This document shows positions 33,235 to 37,140 of a DNA stretch of 37,140 nucleotides, piece by piece. The notes under the pieces were generated by a model. The model was not told the DNA's origin and searched no databases. It saw nothing but the letters and a program-made list of their open reading frames with translations. The translations under genes and the position numbers were made by a program. Source of the stretch: Candidatus Hadarchaeota archaeon (GTDB taxonomy: Archaea > CAYQAE01 > CAYVLA01); contig CAYVLA010000021.1 of the NCBI GenBank assembly GCA_964452145.1, positions 1 through 37,140 of the forward strand. Reading direction: 5' to 3'. Each line of letters begins with the position of its first letter. Positions within the stretch are counted from its first letter, which is position 1.

Positions 33235-35006
33235 ATGGTCCAGCCCCTTAAGACGATGAAAATTAGCACGCAGAGGGCCAGGACGGCGATGAGCAGGACC
33301 GCCGTGAAGCCCTTCCCCATCGAGATCATGGAATTAAGAGTCGTCACGATCTCGGATACTTTCCCGGGGCCGAAGACGTTTATGTTCGGTATCATACGAA
33401 TGTCCAACCTGGCTGTGACCTCACACAGGTCGGAGAAGGCATCCCGCGTAGCCGCTACCACGTCACCCACGAGCCCCTCCACCGAGATGCCAACGGGGTT
33501 GAATCCCCCCCTGACCAGGTTGACGGAGTGGTTGTCGCTGGTCATAACCTCGCAACCATCCACCATGGGCAACAGCCCCTCCATGATCCTTTCCCTGAGG
33601 CCCTGCTCCAAGTTGTTCCCATCGAGAACGACGTAGGCCACCCTTTGGGACCCGATCTGCAATGCGCAGACCCTTATCCCGAGAGGTCCGATGCTGTCGT
33701 CCTCCCTCTCCCTTCGCCCGAATCCGGCCCTAATCTGGTAGGTCTCGGCCGCGCACAGCTCCGAGGCAAGCTTGGACACGCCGCCTATCAAGTCGTATCC
33801 CCGCGGATCGCCGGCGTGCGTCGACTTGGCATCCTCCGTGAAACAGTTGTGGGCATCCACAAGCGCGACCTGTCGCGCTCCGGCCTTCTTCCCGGCCTCC
33901 ATGGCAGCCAACCCCAGACCAAGCTCCACGTCCTCCGTCGCGCCGGGGGAGAAGGTGTTGATCGCCAAGAGGCATGAGCCAACCATCTGCCCGCAGACCT
34001 CGGCCGAACCCACCGTCACCCTCCGGAATGGTGTGCTCTCCGACAGACCACGGTCATCTTCAGCCAAGAAGTCCCGGGCCGCCTTGGCGAGTTTCTCGGT
34101 CTCCTCCGCCGAGGTCGGATTGAGGTCATGGGTGCTCGGTCCGTGCACAACCAGCAGACACCCGACCTCCGGGGAGAGACGCTGGTCAAGTATCCGCGTC
34201 ACGTTGGATGCGCCCAGATTCCCCAAAGGCCCCGGGTGGACATAGGGAACGAGGATCATCCCCTTGGGCCTACCGGTGGCCTTGTCCCGGAACAGGAGGT
34301 GGGCGGTCGGAACTGACACCGACTGGCCTATCGTCTGGAAGAACTTCTCCATGGACAGCGAGTCGCTAGTTATGTGTTCGAAGAAAGAGCTGATCAGATC
34401 GAAGACGCTGAAGCCGAAGGCCTGCCTTATCGGGGCCTCTATGACCTTCACGTAGATGAAAACGCCTGCCGTTATCGTGGCGAAGACGGCAAGCGCCGCA
34501 AGAGGGTTGAAGGTCTCGGGAAGGAAATAGAGGCCGGGCGCCAGCTTCTCCAAGCCCAGAAGAACCGCCACCTGAATCAGGGGCTGGGCACTGGCCGGAA
34601 GCACGCAGGAGATCCTGTTGATGTTTGTAACGGAGAGTATGGCGAAGTAGCTGAGGGCGAAGGCCATTGCCTGTCCGAAGATGAGCGCATCAAGGAGAAG
34701 GGAGGGATGGTCCTTGGCAAACAGATAGGGGATGAAGAAGAAGACGGCGATGATGAGCATTGAAGTCAGGGAAAGGAACATGGATCGCCGGAGGAGGAGA
34801 CTCCTCGACCAGGGGCGGGTCACCGTCGTCGAGACCAGGGCGGAAGCCAGGGCCGGTAAGCAGAAGACGACAAGGGAGGAGAGGTATTGACCTTGAATGA
34901 GCAGCCCGAAGAACAGGGAGAAGAGAACTATGGCTATGGCGCTTGCGTAGTAGCGCGGGACGCTGAACACGTACCTCGTCAACGACCTGAGCCTGCTCAC
35001 ATCCAC
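33231..35006 (-). CDS. DUF2070-family archaeal membrane protein
   Basis: Multi-TM N-terminus; VHPGPLG, HGPSTHDLNP, VDAHN, DGNN and TSDNH motifs; C-terminal TM. Start uncertain (GTG 35006 chosen, ATG 35057 possible). Confidence 0.85.
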   Translation of the reverse strand: MDVSRLRSLTRYVFSVPRYYASAIAIVLFSLFFGLLIQGQYLSSLVVFCLPALASALVSTTVTRPWSRSLLLRRSMFLSLTSMLIIAVFFFIPYLFAKDHPSLLLDALIFGQAMAFALSYFAILSVTNINRISCVLPASAQPLIQVAVLLGLEKLAPGLYFLPETFNPLAALAVFATITAGVFIYVKVIEAPIRQAFGFSVFDLISSFFEHITSDSLSMEKFFQTIGQSVSVPTAHLLFRDKATGRPKGMILVPYVHPGPLGNLGASNVTRILDQRLSPEVGCLLVVHGPSTHDLNPTSAEETEKLAKAARDFLAEDDRGLSESTPFRRVTVGSAEVCGQMVGSCLLAINTFSPGATEDVELGLGLAAMEAGKKAGARQVALVDAHNCFTEDAKSTHAGDPRGYDLIGGVSKLASELCAAETYQIRAGFGRREREDDSIGPLGIRVCALQIGSQRVAYVVLDGNNLEQGLRERIMEGLLPMVDGCEVMTSDNHSVNLVRGGFNPVGISVEGLVGDVVAATRDAFSDLCEVTARLDIRMIPNINVFGPGKVSEIVTTLNSMISMGKGFTAVLLIAVLALCVLIFIVLRGWTI

Positions 35007-35050
35007 GCCGGGTCCTCCCTTGGGAGGCGACCCCTCTGAAATAGATATAA

Positions 35051-35596
35051 ATGACACCGAAGGAGCCGGACCGCGTGCAGGACGCAGGCGGCCCCTCCCT
35101 CTACGTCTGCGATGTCAGACAGTGCGATCCCAGAAAATGCACTGCTCACAAGCTGAAACGGCATGGGATGCTGAAGTTCGTTCATCGCATGCCAAGAGGG
35201 GCGCTACTTCTGGATCCGTTCGCCGGGGATACCCTCAGCAGAACCGACCGCGAGGTCTCCCTGACAAATGGCCTGGTCGCCTTGGACTGCTCCTGGAAGA
35301 ACGCCGAAGTAATATTTAAGAAACGCTTCCCGGTCTCAGTTCCAAGGCGGATACCCTATCTGGTGGCCGCGAATCCCGTCAACTACGGGAGGCCTTTCGA
35401 GCTGAGCACAGTCGAGGCCTTGGCGGCTGCCCTGTACATCCTAGGGTTCAAAAGAAGATCATCCGAGCTTCTGAACAAGTTCAAGTGGGGCCCCCATTTC
35501 GTCGATCTCAACGGGGAGCTTCTTGATCTATATGAGGAAGCAGGAACATCCAACGAGGTAGAGGAAGCTGAGAGAAGGGCACTGGGGCGAGAATGA
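35051..35596 (+). CDS. tsr3: 16S rRNA aminocarboxypropyltransferase Tsr3 (DUF367)
   Basis: [44 protein letters not shown]. Confidence 0.94.
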   Translation: MTPKEPDRVQDAGGPSLYVCDVRQCDPRKCTAHKLKRHGMLKFVHRMPRGALLLDPFAGDTLSRTDREVSLTNGLVALDCSWKNAEVIFKKRFPVSVPRRIPYLVAANPVNYGRPFELSTVEALAAALYILGFKRRSSELLNKFKWGPHFVDLNGELLDLYEEAGTSNEVEEAERRALGRE

Positions 35597-35742
35597 TGCC
35601 AAAGTTCGAGGAAGCCGAGGCCAGACTGTTCAACAAGAGGATCTGCATGAAGTGCAATGCAAGGAACCCCCTAAGGGCCAAGAAATGCAGGAAGTGTGGC
35701 TACAGAGGGTTGAGGCTGAAGAACAAGGAAGTCAAGGGTTAG
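35593..35742 (+). CDS. rpl40e: 50S ribosomal protein L40e (not in the ORF track)
   Basis: Manual translation [53 protein letters not shown] overlap with tsr3. Confidence 0.95.
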   Translation: MMPKFEEAEARLFNKRICMKCNARNPLRAKKCRKCGYRGLRLKNKEVKG

Positions 35743-35827
35743 CCCCGCCTCACGCTCGGGTCGTGCAAGGGCGTCCTACGCATCGCTCGTCTGCGGGCAT
35801 CCCTCTCCGGTGCAACCCGATGGACGG

Positions 35828-36784
35828 TCAATACACCGGCGTCAGCCAGTCCCTGTGGCGTTCGTTCCTGCCCATTACGACGTCGAAGTAGACCCTCTGC
35901 GCCTCCCTGGTCACGGGGCCACATGAACCATCGCCGATCTTTATGTGGTCGATCTCGGTGATTGGTGTCACCTCTCCAGCCGTGCCGACCATGAAGACCT
36001 CGTCCATTCCAAGAAGCTGGGACCGTGTGATGTCGATCTGGAAGACGCAAGTCCCGGCCTCCTCGAGGAGCTGTATGACCGTGTTTCTGGTTATCCCGGG
36101 CAGGATCGAAGCCGTAAGCGGCGGGGTATAGACGGAGCCGTTTCTCACGCCGAAGACGTTCTCCCCGCTGCCCTCGCTGACGAATCCTCTGTGATCAAGA
36201 AGGATGGCCTCATCGTAGCCGTTCTCAACGGCCTCCATCTTGGCCAGAACCGAGTTTATGTACTGGCCGCAAGCCTTGACCTCGGGGGGCAGTGCTCTGG
36301 GGGATATGCGCTCCCACGACGAGAAGGTGACCCTGACGCCCTTCTCCAAGGCATCCTTTCCCAGATACCTCCCAAACGGAAGGACGTATGCGAATACCCG
36401 GACTGGGTTCTTGAAGGGGTTTAGCCCGAAGGGCCCTTCACCTCGATAGACCACCGGGCGAAGGTAGCAGGTCTCCCGGATCTCGTTCTTGGCGACGATC
36501 TTGGCGCATAGATCGACCATCTCCCCCGATGAAAGGGGGATGTCCATGCGGTATACCTTGGCCGAGTAGAAGAGCCTGGAAACATGGTCGGCCACCCTGA
36601 ACAGGAATACGTTCTTCTCCTCTTCATTCCAGTACCCCCGCACGCCTTCGAAAACACCGGTCCCATAATGGAGGGCGTGGGTGGTGACGTGCAGGTTGGC
36701 CTGATCCCAGGGAACATACCTGCCGTCCATCCAGACGTATTGAGGCTCCTTCTCCAAGGGAACATCTCCCAACGCATGACACAT
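35828..36784 (-). CDS. ilvE: Branched-chain amino acid aminotransferase (true start may be TTG 36757)
   Basis: HALHYGTGVFEG, YLRP, KACGQYINS, EGSGENVF, ILPGITR, GTAGEVTP. Confidence 0.95.
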   Translation of the reverse strand: MCHALGDVPLEKEPQYVWMDGRYVPWDQANLHVTTHALHYGTGVFEGVRGYWNEEEKNVFLFRVADHVSRLFYSAKVYRMDIPLSSGEMVDLCAKIVAKNEIRETCYLRPVVYRGEGPFGLNPFKNPVRVFAYVLPFGRYLGKDALEKGVRVTFSSWERISPRALPPEVKACGQYINSVLAKMEAVENGYDEAILLDHRGFVSEGSGENVFGVRNGSVYTPPLTASILPGITRNTVIQLLEEAGTCVFQIDITRSQLLGMDEVFMVGTAGEVTPITEIDHIKIGDGSCGPVTREAQRVYFDVVMGRNERHRDWLTPVY

Positions 36785-36816
36785 TTTTCAGACTCCTTTT
36801 CTATCTTACCTCGATT

Positions 36817-36907
36817 GCTCCAGTAGTGTAGCGGCCAATCCCGGTGGGGCTAGGCATCTGGGACTCTCGATCCCAGGTCCCGGGTTCAAATCCCGGCTGG
36901 AGCACCA
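36817..36907 (+). tRNA. tRNA-Glu(CTC) with a 15-nt intron (36839-36853) at position 21/22 and encoded CCA
   Basis: Acceptor GCTCCAG/CTGGAGC, D stem GTGT/GCAT after intron removal, anticodon arm TGGGA-CTCTCGA-TCCCA, T arm CCGGG-TTCAAAT-CCCGG, ACCA end. Confidence 0.93.
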
Positions 36908-36988
36908 TTCCCCCTGGTTGACCGACCTGCGCGGTCCGGGTGGACCCCTGAGGAATCGCGTTCCGGATGCCCGGGATCAAGGAGAACT

Positions 36989-37140
36989 TCAGAAAACGGA
37001 TGCCTTTGCTCCGGCCTCGCGCTTAAAGAGGAGGTAGTGGTTCACCATCGTCGGCGTCCCCACGGCCTCATAGGCATGCAGCACCCATCCTTCCCTCTGG
37101 TGCTCCTCGATCACCTTCCCAATTCTCTTGTGGTGGTCAA
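36989..37140 (-). CDS. 3' end of a small protein, DUF4177-like (truncated by the window edge)
   Basis: Manual translation DHHKRIGKVIEEHQREGWVLHAYEAVGTPTMVNHYLLFKREAGAKASVF*; the GW.L...YLLFKR pattern resembles DUF4177-type domains. Confidence 0.6.
   Translation of the reverse strand, partial: DHHKRIGKVIEEHQREGWVLHAYEAVGTPTMVNHYLLFKREAGAKASVF

Noticed and set aside
1..37140. Numerous long overlapping or antisense ORFs in the six-frame track (e.g. 248-952, 1811-2542, 16215-17150, 29575-30369)
   Set aside because: They are shadow frames of well-supported genes in GC-rich DNA and carry no recognisable motifs.
1..37140. CRISPR array, IS element, provirus or tRNA-linked att repeat
   Set aside because: No regularly spaced repeats, transposase, integrase or duplicated tRNA 3' end was seen within the window.

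Overview
GC-rich archaeal chromosomal segment (lineage not determinable from the sequence alone), densely coding and mostly housekeeping. It carries the 3' part of top6B, archaeal-type thrS, a family-B DNA polymerase, a ChlI/MoxR-like AAA+ ATPase with an AAA-TM-vWA partner, an M28 peptidase, a surface glycoprotein, rimI, hjc-pelA-albA, a glycosylation cluster (three GT4, a GT-C-like membrane protein, a flippase), two nrdD paralogues with redoxins, wHTH-thpR-cca, an HDAC-family enzyme, DUF2070, tsr3-rpl40e, ilvE and a tRNA-Glu(CTC) with a D-loop intron. I saw no CRISPR array, rRNA, transposase or integrase. The most notable items are: (1) an intact nrdD paralogue that has lost its catalytic cysteines and the canonical glycyl-radical motif, about 2.7 kb from a canonical nrdD; (2) a PolB with a two-zinc-module C-terminal tail resembling the PolD DP2 C-terminus, plus two PIP-like boxes; (3) a membrane-spanning ChlD-like AAA/vWA protein with an extracellular loop. 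Several small genes absent from the ORF track and a probable CTG start codon were also found. All family assignments come from motif recognition by eye; no database search was run.
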